From contig CM120641.1 of NCBI GenBank assembly GCA_051362555.1, positions 40,926,401 through 40,990,400 on the forward strand: a stretch of 64,000 bases of DNA. The letters are read 5' to 3'. Of the stretch, positions 39,252 through 51,298 are shown in pieces (position 1 is the stretch's first letter; every line of letters starts with the position of its first letter). The position numbers and the translations under genes are program-made. Source of the stretch: Lingula anatina. Its lineage: Eukaryota > Animalia > Brachiopoda. The notes below the pieces were generated by a model, which searched no databases, had not been told where the DNA came from, and saw only the letters and a program-made list of their open reading frames with translations.

Positions 39252-39806
39252 CCGGTGTGGCGTGTACCGCTCGGGGCGTGAATCATCCGTTCTGCTCATG
39301 CGCACAAAGCGCAGGCAAATCTGAGAGACTTCCGGCGTGTACAGTCCGTCTCTATAGAGTCATCAATACATTCTTAGCCTTTAATGAACATGCGCTGTTG
39401 AGAACATACTGCAAATTCAAACATAATCTTTAGAAATATTCATATCTTAAAGATGTTCACCTCTACAGGGATTTCCCTCAGGTGGCCATATCAACACACT
39501 AGCCTAGTAAAATCAATATTAAAATAGTAGCCAGCAGCTGAATAACGACGGCCCGTCCACGGTAGGTTCATCCATGCGTCGAGCTGTAATTTGACGCTGA
39601 TTCTCTATCAAAATTATCAATTAACACATGAATTTAATCCCCATCATAGTAAATGTATAATGTGGTAGGAAATGAACTAGCCGAATATAACAGTACAGGT
39701 AAATAACAACGGATCATTCACAGAACGGCTCATACACGCGTCTGCTGCGTGTACAATCGGTCAGGACGGATGGTTCACGCAGAACGGACCGTACACGTGA
39801 CACCGG
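39252..39806. mobile_element. MITE-like element with imperfect CCGGTGT-starting TIRs
   Basis: Left end ccggtgtggcgtgtaccgctcggggcgtgaatcatccgttctg resembles the reverse complement of the right end caggacggatggttcacgcagaacggaccgtacacgtgacaccgg. Confidence 0.55.
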
Positions 39807-42800
39807 AAAAGAGACGGGGAGGGGTTAAGTTGATCATCAACCTGCACCGCACCAAATTTAATTTTCATTAAACTTAACGGTTTCATTTCCGATTTTATAT
39901 CTTTAATTAACTCACAGCGCAGATATTAGGCCTTGGTTTTTATCGGATATTAATAAATGAACGACTCTTCCTGAAATGAGATAATAAGCACACTGGCCGT
40001 TTCACTGTGGAAATACGTCATTCCCCTGTTACAGATTAAATTGTTATTGAATGTAGAATCTCATTGTCGAATTGTTATCCGTGAGTAGTTTGTCATGGAA
40101 TGGAAAGGTCGCGCGGGACACCATTAGTCTGATGGACTGCTAGAGTCAATAAATTGTTTTCAATGTTTTATTCCTTTTTAGCTTGATTTTGGTTTGTTTG
40201 CACAGCTATGATTTATTACAGGGCTAAAGGTTGATTCACTACGCAAAAGTGGATCTGAATAATTGATGTATCAGGTCAATATTTGCTAAACAAAATGATA
40301 CTAATTTTTCATTTTTACAACAAAAATGAAATACGGTTTATAGGCTTAGTACCTGATCGCGCTCTATTGTTGTCTGCGCTGTTCTACGCCAACTCCCTAA
40401 GGTTATTTTGTGAAAAACATGGGGACAAATCTAGTTCACAGTGTCCCCGGGGAATGCATTGAAACATGATATGAGGGCGGCTGTCCTTCAGACATAGTCT
40501 CCATTTAAGGACAGAGCCCAGCACCACGGCATCGGAAAGGGAGCAGCAAAATGTACATGTGGCGACATTTTAAGATTCTGGGTAGTGGGTCAAATATTTT
40601 GCATTTAACCAAAGAATTTTTATAGTTTAGTAGCATCAAAAGCATGAATATAAAATCTAAGAAACTGATAAATCAAAATTTAAGATTTCACACATAAAGA
40701 AGAGGTTGATGAATATTAAATTCAAATACGCTTGATGATTTAATTTGATTGAATGGAACTGCGAAATTGACATTGGGATTAACTAACAATGAAAACATTA
40801 CTATAACCGTAATTTTTTTTCTTTGGAGAAAGTCATGAAAATGATGAGGGAAAATGTAAAATAAATAAGAAGGGTTTTACGTATCTGCGAGCTGTCGTCC
40901 CCGTGCTTGCATAACATGTTGAAATGAGCACGCGCTTCAATAATACATGTATCTTTAAAGGAGAAAAATTACACAAAAAGCCCTATATGCACAACTCCCT
41001 TTTTACGGATGCGTTATTGGTTATAATCTGTTTTTGTGCGTGTCGACCGACAATTAGTTATTGAGTCATTCGTTTTAACGTAACGGAAGGCTATTATTAA
41101 GGGAAATAACTTTTAAAATACCGTAAGTACTGTTTGTACCGGGGGTACGTAAAAGCTCACTGCACATATTAATTTTAAAAAAGGCTAAACTGATTGGAGC
41201 TTTTTTTAATTAGAAATATAATTTATTTTTGACATTTGAGAAACTAACGCTGATGACATCACTATAACCAAATAACTGACTTGATATCGTTTTAATTGAT
41301 TATATATTGATGAAGTGCTCAATCGAAAAACATTCCAACTGTGCTGGTGTACCTATGCCTTACACCATTTGCGACATATTGTTTATCAAGAAAAGGGCAC
41401 GGGTTTACCCTGGACTGGGTAAGACAGTGTGGCCACAGATTTATTGGGACCGAAGCAAAGCAAATTCGAAGTTTACCGAAAAAATGATTGATATTTTTTA
41501 AGTTTCCACAATAATAAGTATATTTCAAGTGAGCAATTGTTAAAATTTTGATATTTATGTATGCCAGGTGTTTACGTCCATGCACGTACATAACAATGAA
41601 ATAAGTGTGAGATACTTGCATTTCCTGTATACCTTTTGGGGGTGTTGGGTGGGGTTATGGTGTTTAAGAATAAACAAACAAGCTGTCATTTTCTATGCTG
41701 TCTAACTCAACATGCAGTTATTAAGACTGAGATTTAGCTACGGTTTAGTCAATTAAGTCTGTAGAAATTAACGCGACTGTGTTAAACATGAGTACACTTA
41801 AAATTATCGATTAGTTAACAAATGCTTTAAACCGCTTAGGCAAGACTCCCCCTTGCTGTACGCGGCCTCGAGAGAACAATTGCAGATTTTGAGGAAAAAT
41901 CGAAACTTGAGACAAAAGGGATGAGTTTTGATCTTAATTTGTGCGTTGCAGTAAAACTGTGCTCTTTGTATGATTTGTGAGTATGATCAAACACGTCTTT
42001 AACTAACATTTGAACGTTAACGAAATAACAAAGGACTTTTCTTTTTTTCTCTCTAGCCGAATCAGTGTATTGTAAATTTTGAATACACCATGCAACATCA
42101 TACATGTACGAATTATTTCAAAGCGTGCTCATCCTGGTAAAAGATCCATCCTTCATACAAACTACACAGGTGCTATTCCGACGTATTTTCCTGTTACACT
42201 GTATGTGGGAGCAGTTGGTACAGGTAGGCTACATGTACCGTGCAACCATCGTCAAACCGCATTGGAACGCCAACTCGCAATCATGCAATTAAAACAGTAC
42301 TTATGATCATCTAGACCTTAGAAACATCGAATTGAGTTTTCAAGAAGAAGGCCAGGTATACTTGGGGATATATTGACTCCGAAACGAACTTTATTTTGAA
42401 TAGAATTGCTCAGTCGATGTAAAAATCAATATAAAATTCGTACTAGGTAACATAAGAGTGTAATTTCACAGACCAGCTGGACTTGGTTTTAAACCAGTGC
42501 AATTTCATTGTTGATTAGTCTATTTCCCATCGTTTCGAAACAAGTGGTAACAAATGTAGCACAGGGGAGATAGATGCGTTTTCCATTTCCATGACATTTC
42601 TGATCCCATCTGACGTTTTCCTGGGCCTCGCAGTACATAGGTGGCGTCTATTTTTTGTTCCTCAAGCAAGGATTTAAAAGAAAAAGTGATTATCAATAGG
42701 CAATATCTGTATTAGATTTAATTTGCCGGAGGAAAACACTATGTAGAGTTGTGGTCTACAAGAAAAAGAGAACAAGGCAAAATATGTATTAGATTTAATT

Positions 42801-43660
42801 ATTAGCGGTGACTGTCTAAGATTACGTCTTTGACAACAGCTATGCAGAAGTAAAGCATTATTTTTATAATGTTAAAACATGTAATAAAACAATGTTAAAA
42901 CATTGACTAATGAAAACCATAAGAGAAGATAATTACACTATGTATACATATGTCATCAGTGTGCAGATGCAGCTTGAAATCTTGCGAAACGGAGGTGTAC
43001 CACGGGGCCTATGCTAAACTGCGTTTTAATGCCAATGTTTTTTAAAACGAAACATTATTAATGGTAATAATACTAAAAACATTACCCGTTCTTTTCTATC
43101 TGTCCCCAACTCAAATTCTAAAAGCATATTTTAGGACATGATTTGAATCATGCCGTTAAATATATGGAGATTCACAGATTCAGCGGATAGACATATACAA
43201 ACAGTTGTAAGTATAACCTATTCATGATAGTGCTCAAATATGCTCGAGTGACTAATTTCAATTAATGAAATTACATTTGAACTTCATTTCCCATTCGGAG
43301 AAAGTCGGTTTTACATGTATAGATTTTTTGTACACTAATGTTATCACCTTTACAGAGAGATATGAAGTATTTGCTGATTTATGTCCAAGAATCGAAAAAT
43401 CATTTTAAAATAAAGTATAACCACGTTCGATTAAATTGAGTTTACTAATCTTCACCTTTCGCATAGTAGGTCACTCAGCAGAGACTGTCAATTACAGTGC
43501 AAAGAACGCTTATGCAACTAATGTAATAAGTTGTCGAAAAAAATTACCTTCTGGTTCGAAATGGCGTTTCGGCTGTAACTTGTTTTAATCCGTGGAGTGT
43601 TGTATTTTGACTAAACCGAAAGAGTTCTGAACGCCAAGTCATTGATTTATTCCGTTTTAC

Positions 43661-43790
43661 CTTCGCAGGTTCTTCGCCCATGGTCACTGTGTTCGTGTCC
43701 GGAACGTCTAGTCAAATCTTGTCAGTTGTTTGGTATCAGAAATGAAACAATTAACGCTTGCCCTAGTTTACGATCCACAGGCCATTTATA
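43661..43790 (-). promoter_or_regulatory. Candidate TATA box plus short first coding exon (MGEEPAK), possibly the 5' end of gene C
   Basis: Minus strand: TATAAA at ~43790-43785, then gaccATGGGCGAAGAACCTGCGAAG|gtaaaa (43681-43661) in good Kozak context. The link to gene C is not demonstrated. Confidence 0.3.
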
Positions 43791-44548
43791 ACTATCCAGA
43801 AGTCAATTAATGCGAATGACGTGTCCTCACCGCAACGCTTTGCAACTGTATAATATGACGCTCGAAGTATCGACGTTTAATCTGATGTAAGTTGCTGGAG
43901 AGTTTCTTTGGTTTTGCCGATTTATTTGCCCTCGTCGGTTCAGTTAATTTGGGTGTTATTTTATGTGTTTCATTTCATGGTAATTACATAATGCTTTTCA
44001 TTTCAGGTCTTTTTTTCGACTCAAACGTAGGGATAACCATTTCAGGAGAAAAAAAAAAACGAATCGTGGAATTGGTGTTAAAGGTAAAATGTATGTACTA
44101 GTTGGATTTTGGTACCCTAGGTTCTAGATTCCGGTATTGCCAGCTCGATCTTGATTTCATATATAACCCATAGTAGCAATACTAGTAAAAGCGACTCCAC
44201 CACAAGGTATATTTAGCAAGCTAGCTTTTACGTTGCTCTGACACTCAGGGTAGACTTTGGCTGACTGGGATCACAGTCAGCGACACAATATTTCAATACA
44301 ACTCTGTACGACACAATGCAGTTTATATGATGTCAAAAAACTTAAGTACAATTATTTTAAAATAATGAACATTTCAGACAATATTCATATTGAGATCTTC
44401 GGTTATATATAATAATACAAATAATACCATATCACACTGATGTTACACAAAATAAGCTATAAAAACACATATGAGGTAAATGATGATTTATTTGAGTATA
44501 CTGGTAAATGTAACTAAAGCGAGTAGACAGGGCCCTTAACCCCACTAC

Positions 44549-44889
44549 CTGCTGCCTGCGCTCAAGGATTGAATAAAGCTGAAGAGGGTTGCTTGCATCC
44601 AAGTATATTTGTCAATACGCAAATATAAACTGTTAAAATATTGAATTTTTACAGATAATTAACCTGCCAATTTCGTGTCCCTACATAAAGAGTAGATCGA
44701 AAACAATCTGCTAGTGCTTTTAAGTTCGATTGCAGCAGAGAAGATATCTTTTCATCCCCTAGGTGGCGTTGTAGTATCAATTAAATTTCGAAAAGACCAT
44801 TTGCTGTAATAGATTTCATAAGTAAAATTTGATATTGTGGGTGATTTGGAGTGTTTTGGACTTGTTTGTTCATAAATGTAAGTCTGTGT

Positions 44890-44926
<37 letters not shown>

Positions 44927-45046
44927 ATAGATGTCAATATTGATTATTCAATATTTTCATGGAAAAAGTTATACAATTTAGACGTGTTTTATCAGGCAAA
45001 TGCTATACCTTGGTCTGGGATCATGTCCAGTTTGAAAAAAGCAAGC

Positions 45047-45077
<31 letters not shown>

Positions 45078-45468
45078 TAAAAAAAATCTCCATATTTGGG
45101 CTCTCTGTTATGCAGTAAAATAACGTATAAGGTGAGCTATATTTTTATTAAGTATTAATGATTGGAACACCGATTCAATTTGTCACTTCAATGACGGATT
45201 TCAATATATATAATGTATTTTTTCATAGTTTCATGCACCTGGATGATGATTACAAGTTTTTAAACCAAACAGCAAAAACAGTAAAGGGACAATGCATAAC
45301 GTGAACTGTGTTCAGCCACAAAAGTGTGCCAGGAAAAGTATTTTTTTTTATATCTAGGTTAAAAAAGATTAAAAAGTGCCATGTCTTAGATCTAAGTGTT
45401 TCTCATTATAGAAGATCTGGCAAGGGATAAATAAGGGTGAGCTGGAAGACGGGGTAAGTGCTGATGAG

Positions 45469-45524
<56 letters not shown>

Positions 45525-46383
45525 CATTTGCATTTGTAAAGAAGATGGATCTTTAGTTATTTACCATGTTTACAAATATATGTGCGTCATGACAAAGCAA
45601 ACATTTCTTTTTATTCAATTTCAGGTGCAAATATAAGATTAAATCTGTATCAGGTCGAAGAATACGAAACTTTGGTATAAATATTTTCTTTAAAATCTGC
45701 AAATCAAAATAATTAATACAATCTAGACAAGTGGAATAATTGTTGAATGCAAATGAAAAACTGCACACATGTGGACCTTCATTGACATCTACCCTCTGTT
45801 ATAATCTCTTAAGAGATTGACAGTCCATGTGGTCACACTGTTATTTGTTAATGGACATACCTTTGCTCTTTCTTCATCAATTTTATCACACAGCTTTTTT
45901 TGCTTCTTGTTTTCATCTTCATTTGTACTATTGCATAAAAAAGATAATTTGGGATATTATCTATTTTGAAAAAAACTATTGCAAATGATATAGAAATGAT
46001 CATTTTACTACCATCCTGATAGGCCTATCTAGATCATAAATCCCTGTACAAAGCAGAGTATCGGTGATAAGAATTTGAGAATTTTGAAGCAGTGAAAGAT
46101 AATCAAAGATGAAAATTAGCAAACCATTCAAATATCATGGAATCGACGAGTTTATTGATGAGTTGAAATATCAGTGAACACTAAAATGTCAGAAAACAAA
46201 ATATTTGTCCTGGTTATTCAGGTAATTTTGTATATTTTTTACTTTCTGATGTGACACACCAAATAGGTTGAACATTCTTTAGTTAACCAGTGGTACTCAC
46301 TTCACTTTACTGGCATGTTCTTCAACCTGCTGCTTGTCTTCTGTCCTCAATTTTAAGCCAGAGGGACAAAGACTTGATGTTGC
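44549..46383 (-). pseudogene. Decayed spliced gene relic of unknown family
   Basis: Phase-compatible exon chain: 46383-46301 (ATSSLCPSGLKLRTEDKQQVEEHASKV), 45927-45861 (NTNEDENKKQKKLCDKIDEERAK), 45030-45009 (acceptor reads AA instead of AG), 44803-44664 (one TAA), 44629-44549 (one TGA). Confidence 0.4.
45472..45521. repeat. (TA)n microsatellite
   Basis: About 25 TA units. Confidence 0.95.
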
Positions 46384-46494
46384 CTATTGAAATAAAAAAT
46401 AACGAAGGATTTAAATTTCAATTAAGTCAAGATGTTCATTATGAGGCTATGTAGAATCAAACAGTTTAAATGAGCTGTCTGGGTAGATGAGAAA

Positions 46495-46723
46495 ACATGG
46501 TAATTAATTTTTTTTTTGTTTGTTTGTTTGTCTGTCATCAACATAACTCAAAAAGTTATGGACCGATTTTTATGAAATTTTCAGAAACCGTCAGAAGTGG
46601 GCCAAGAAACAGACAATCAATAATCAATAATCAAAAATAACGAAAATTTAGGGGTGAAATGGCATTGGGTGGAGACTTTGCTGTCTTGGCGGAGGTCTGC
46701 GCTCTCGGAGTGCTTTTCTAGTT
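46495..46723 (+). mobile_element. Non-autonomous Helentron/DINE-1-like element (HINE)
   Basis: (tttg)n tract, then ataactcaaaaagttatggaccgatttttatgaaatttt, and the characteristic 3' end cttggcggaggtctgcgctctcggagtgcttttctagtt. Confidence 0.75.
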
Positions 46724-47378
46724 ATGTATGTGACTGATTGGTGTTGATATTCATAATAAAATTTCAAGAGTAAACATTTTTATGTCATTGGTTGCAATCT
46801 AATTTAGATGAAACATGGCACTTTTGTTTAGATGTAATTTCATCATGAATATCTTGGGCTAATGGCTCACGAGGTTGAATATAATGGGAGTAAGCCCCCC
46901 TTCCCCGGCTCATCCGCCGATGTTTTAAATTGCCTTCAAGTGGTATGCTCAACATAAAAAGAAAACTCACAGAGCTCACACTTTCACTAATGGAAAAATA
47001 TAATCAACACCCCCCCCCCCAAAAAAAAAAAAAGTAGGAAAAAAACTCATATAACAGCAGTTTGTGGCACAAGTATAAATCATGGTGAATTGTGAGGAAC
47101 AACAGTTGCAATCAAAACGCTGCGTTGGAGTGTTATCGACTTTCGATAGTCAACTTGTCGTGTGCAAAATTCTTGAAAGGCGGCAAAGGGTCAACGTGCC
47201 GTGTGCAAAATTCTTGGAAGGCGGCAAAAGATCGACAAAATACTTATTTGACTGAAATCACAAAACAAATAGTTCAAGGCTGTTCTTTCCATTGATCTCA
47301 CTCCCTATGAAATACATTAAGCAGTAAGACGGTTGTCTGCCACCTCGCTTTGTGTGCAAAAGTCTCCAGCGAGACAAC

Positions 47379-50300
47379 ATGGCGGCGTCCATCGCAGGGA
47401 AAGGTCTAGAAACAAATGACACAGTTTATGACGACTTTTCTGATGCATTTTCAGTTGTTCAGAAAGAGTTAAATCATCTGAAATTTTGCTATGATAATAC
47501 TGTGTATCAAATTGAGAAATTCGTGAAAACTTGTCCTCATGTCAATATTGAACAATTCCTTCCTAAAGACACACAGGAACGTGTTCAACGGGTCATCACG
47601 ACGCAGCCGGCAATCATTGTGATCGGACAGTCAAACTGTGGAAAAAGCAGTTTAATAAATGAAATTCTACGAGGTTCTATTCTCCCAACCGCAGAGGTAC
47701 CGTGCACTTCGAAAATTGTTCGACTGAAACACAGCCGTGAGCCATACTTTCAAGAATTAGACAAAGATGGTAACTGTATTGAAGGAAAACCGAAGGAGAC
47801 GCTAACTAAAAAGTTAAAGGTACCTCGATCAGTTGTTGCTGTACCGGGAGCAGAGCGGAATGACAAGAGTAAAGTTGAAGGTGTTGTGGAAGTGGGGTTT
47901 GATCACCCCCTGCTGGAAAAGGGCATTTCTATCGTTGATGCACCTGGATTCAGTGAAAATGCTACCTTGGATTCTCTTGTAACTCAGTGTGTTGAAGGAA
48001 TACTGGGCGTGATTATTTACGTTATCGATGGACAGCACGGTGTCCGCCAACAGGTAGGCCGCGTGTTAGTTGTTTTTAAATGTCTTTAATATTTTATATT
48101 TCTAGCCAGGGGGGGGGGGGGGGGGGGGGGGGGGTTCGGGGGGTTCGAAAGAACCACCCTTTTTGCTGGGAAAAGGTCCACTCTGGGTAAAATTTGACCT
48201 AGGTACATGAAGTTTTTATGGAAAAAGGTCCACTTTTTCAAAAAAAGAACCCCCCTTTTGAAATTGCTGGCTAAGGGCCTGAGTATTTTGCACATACCGA
48301 AAAGTGACACGTATATAATGCGTTGGATAGTTAAAAAACGTTTATTCGAAGGCAATTGCATAATGCAATCTACCCGGTAATGCAAATTTCTGGTTACAGG
48401 ACAGAAAGAAAATAACCGAACTCCGGAAGAAAGTACCAAGAGCTACCATATTTTATGTTTGCAACAAAGTTGAAGTAAATGAAAAGGCGCTTAGAATGGA
48501 TCAAACAGCCGAGGAAGCTGATTTGCCGAGAGAAACCCCTGATAAAGCAGCAATGACATTCAAAGCATTGGCTCACAGTGGTCTACTGGACAGCGAAACC
48601 AATACCGACGACAATCCGTTTTTTGCTGCGGTGTCGGTGAAAGATGTTCATCGATCGAGAAAGAGAGGTCAAAAGGACGAACGTTTTCAACAATTCACAA
48701 TTAAGTTTTTGAAACTGGCAGTACAGACTATGCACAGCCACACAATTGATGCTCTATTGTCCGTGGTAGACATGCATAACGTTCTTTTCTACGGTATGTG
48801 TGGCTCACCAACTCAAAGGGCATTACTCTCGCATTTCATGGCCGAGCTAATAAAGCACTCCTTCGAATTCTTCGACAAAACAAAGAAAGCCATTAAGATA
48901 CGCAAGTCAGTGCTCGTGCATGTGGTCGAGAAAACATTGGCTGACAATAAACATGAAATTATTCGAGACGCGATGAATATGAATTTTTTGCCCATAGTTG
49001 GTGATACAGTCAGGAGAAATGAAATCATCCTTCAGTGCAGGGAGCAAATAAAAGATCACATCGTCATTAAATGTGACACACTGATAAGAGCAAAAATGGC
49101 AGCCACATTCGACGAGATAAACAAAATCTGTCAAAGAGATCTTCGGGATGTATTAGTTCACATACGTGACGCATTAGGTTATAGCATTTGGCACGATATA
49201 ATGGGGTTTCAACAGAGCATTCTTACCTGTCTCAACTTTACGGATAGAAATGTTCTGGTTTTAACCGAAACAATGTTTGATATACTTAAAGAAAACACGT
49301 TGACATTTCTAGAATATATGCAAGGGTTGCATGTCACCAAAGAGTGGAAAACCAAAGTAGCAGAAAACATTTTTTCACTTATAGACCCAAGCGAAACTGC
49401 AAATGATGCGGTGAAACTTATGAAAAAGAAAGTGGCTAGCGCACGAGAACATTTCGAGCAAACCCTAAAAAACATGGACAGTGCCGCATCAGCCATAGGC
49501 AAAATGAGCCCTCAAGAGCAAAGATCACTCGAAAAGGTGTCCCCTATTGTTGCACAGAACAGCTGCATGGCTATGGCTCTTCTGAATAACAATTTATATG
49601 GTCTTCTAGAGTTTGGGGAGACTCAAAGCACCTCAGATAAAAGCCAAGTTAGACTGGTGACCAACCCTGCTCAACTAGTAGGAAGATATGGAGAGTTCGC
49701 ATATGTGGGGAAGATGGTCCAAGCAACTGATCTTCATCTTCTTCCACCAAACGTGGCAATGGGTTTTCTCACTGCAAGGTATGAAGGAAAAAAGTATATA
49801 CGTCTTTTCTTCACGCTTTAATTCACAGAAAGCTAACTTATCAAGGAAGATTTTCGTCAGCCCGTCAGTTCTTTTTTGAAAGTTTTATTCAGATATTTCA
49901 GTTGACAGCTAAATGGAATACTGAAAGTAATTCATTTCTGTCAAAAAAGTCACTGTATTCTCGGAGTAAATTTATCAGTTTAAACAAAGGAAGGGTGTTA
50001 CACAGAGCATTAACTAGGGCAATGATAAATGTATAAATATATATAATAGATAATTTATAAAATCATGAAAAGGAAATAAAAAGATTACTTGATAACACTG
50101 GAGAAGGAACAATTCCCTTTGTCCGTTTTATCCACTAGTTTCTGTTCTACATATTTTAGGCTGTTACCTCACAATGCAAACGTCCTTCACTATCTGGACG
50201 TGGTGATAACTACTGAGTTCCAACCTGTTCTGATCAGACAAAGATACACCATCAACTTAATGGATGCAGTGCAGACAACCAAGTGCATACAAGAGAAAGA

Positions 50301-51121
50301 GCGCAAAAGAATACTAAATGATGTCATTCAGGGCTTGGAGCATGTTCTGTATTTTGCAGTAGAGATAGATCTGAAACCTACCCATGTGGTCGTAAGTAAA
50401 AAAATCTCTCAATATATATTCTCCCAATATATACTCATAAGATGTCGATAATTTCTGGCCTTTTTTTTTACATAACCCCGCCAAATGTAGTCCCCCTTTT
50501 ATATTTATTTCTCCCATCCATAAATTGTCGCAGTTTGATACAATATTGTCAAAGTATAAGAGGTTGTCAGAATATTTTCAAATGTCACACTCAATGAAGC
50601 ATTGATTGTTTGATCTTCATCGTATAACATTCTCTTAATACCATAAAAATTACATATATCTATTGTTTTTGTCAAACTATGGTCAGTATTATTTCAAAGT
50701 CAGCTTAGTTCGTTATATTTTGCAGACCTGCTCGCAAAAAGATGCCCGTGAAAGACAATGGAAAATCCTGCTAGGTCCCCGCGAAACCAGTAACGTGTAT
50801 CCCAACGGCTACCATCCTTTTCATCTCCCCCCAGAGGCATTTGACAAAAGCAGCGTAGGTTTTGGTGAACATCAGTACGTCTACAGTCTAGGCATTCTCC
50901 TTTGGTTGCTGTTTAATCCTGAGTATGCGTGGCCAGAATTCGCCAGACCAGAGACTTCCCGGGATGATTTTATTCTAGCCGTGGATGAAGGAAACAAACG
51001 CCCCGACGCTACCAAATGTTCTCCCGCAGCTCAAAAACTGTTCGAACGCTGTTGGAATGCGGACCAGACAAGAAGGCCAAATATCAAGACATTTATAAAG
51101 GAACTAACCAAAATATCATAA
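47379..51121 (+). CDS. Gene D: DSTYK(RIPK5)-like protein, dynamin/mitofusin-type GTPase + helical stalk + PSEUDOkinase (893 aa)
   Basis: Exons 47379-48053, 48400-49778, 50160-50391, 50726-51121 (2682 nt, open). G1 GQSNCGKSS, LPTAEVPCT, G3 DAPG, G4 NKVE. DSTYK-like stalk VTKEWKTKVAE..IDPSETA..HF. The kinase C-lobe is recognisable (PPE, VYSLGILLWLL, RP..C..LFERCW..RRP), but the Gly loop, alphaC-Glu, HRD and DFG are degenerate. Confidence 0.88.
48103..48281 (+). mobile_element. G-rich hAT-like MITE fragment in gene D intron 1
   Basis: tagccagg(G)n..ggttcgaaagaaccacccttttt..aaaaggtccact x2..ctggctaagggcctg; same family as 21526-21651. Confidence 0.6.
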
Positions 51122-51298
51122 TCTGTAATGGTTCATTGACATAAATGCTTTCTACGAATTTTGCGAATGAATAAGCTCTGTCTCTGTAACGTTGATGATC
51201 CAATACGAGTTACCTCATCAGTGATTGAAAATGCATGCCAGTATAGTGCGAATTAAATGTTCATTTTAAGCGGATGTGTTTATTTTAAACTTTTTTAA

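Noticed and set aside
39043-39286. Minus-strand ORFs as the first exon of the ASIC gene
   Set aside because: No HG motif, the frame compatible with the 39041 donor is closed by a stop with no ATG, and the region overlaps a MITE end.
47379-48053. Horizontally transferred bacterial dynamin-like gene
   Set aside because: Spliceosomal introns shared with gene E and fusion to a DSTYK-type stalk and kinase indicate an established animal gene.
48109-48145. G-runs as functional G-quadruplexes (also ~25127, ~52718, ~63010)
   Set aside because: Homopolymer or low-complexity tracts, some inside repeats; no evidence of function.
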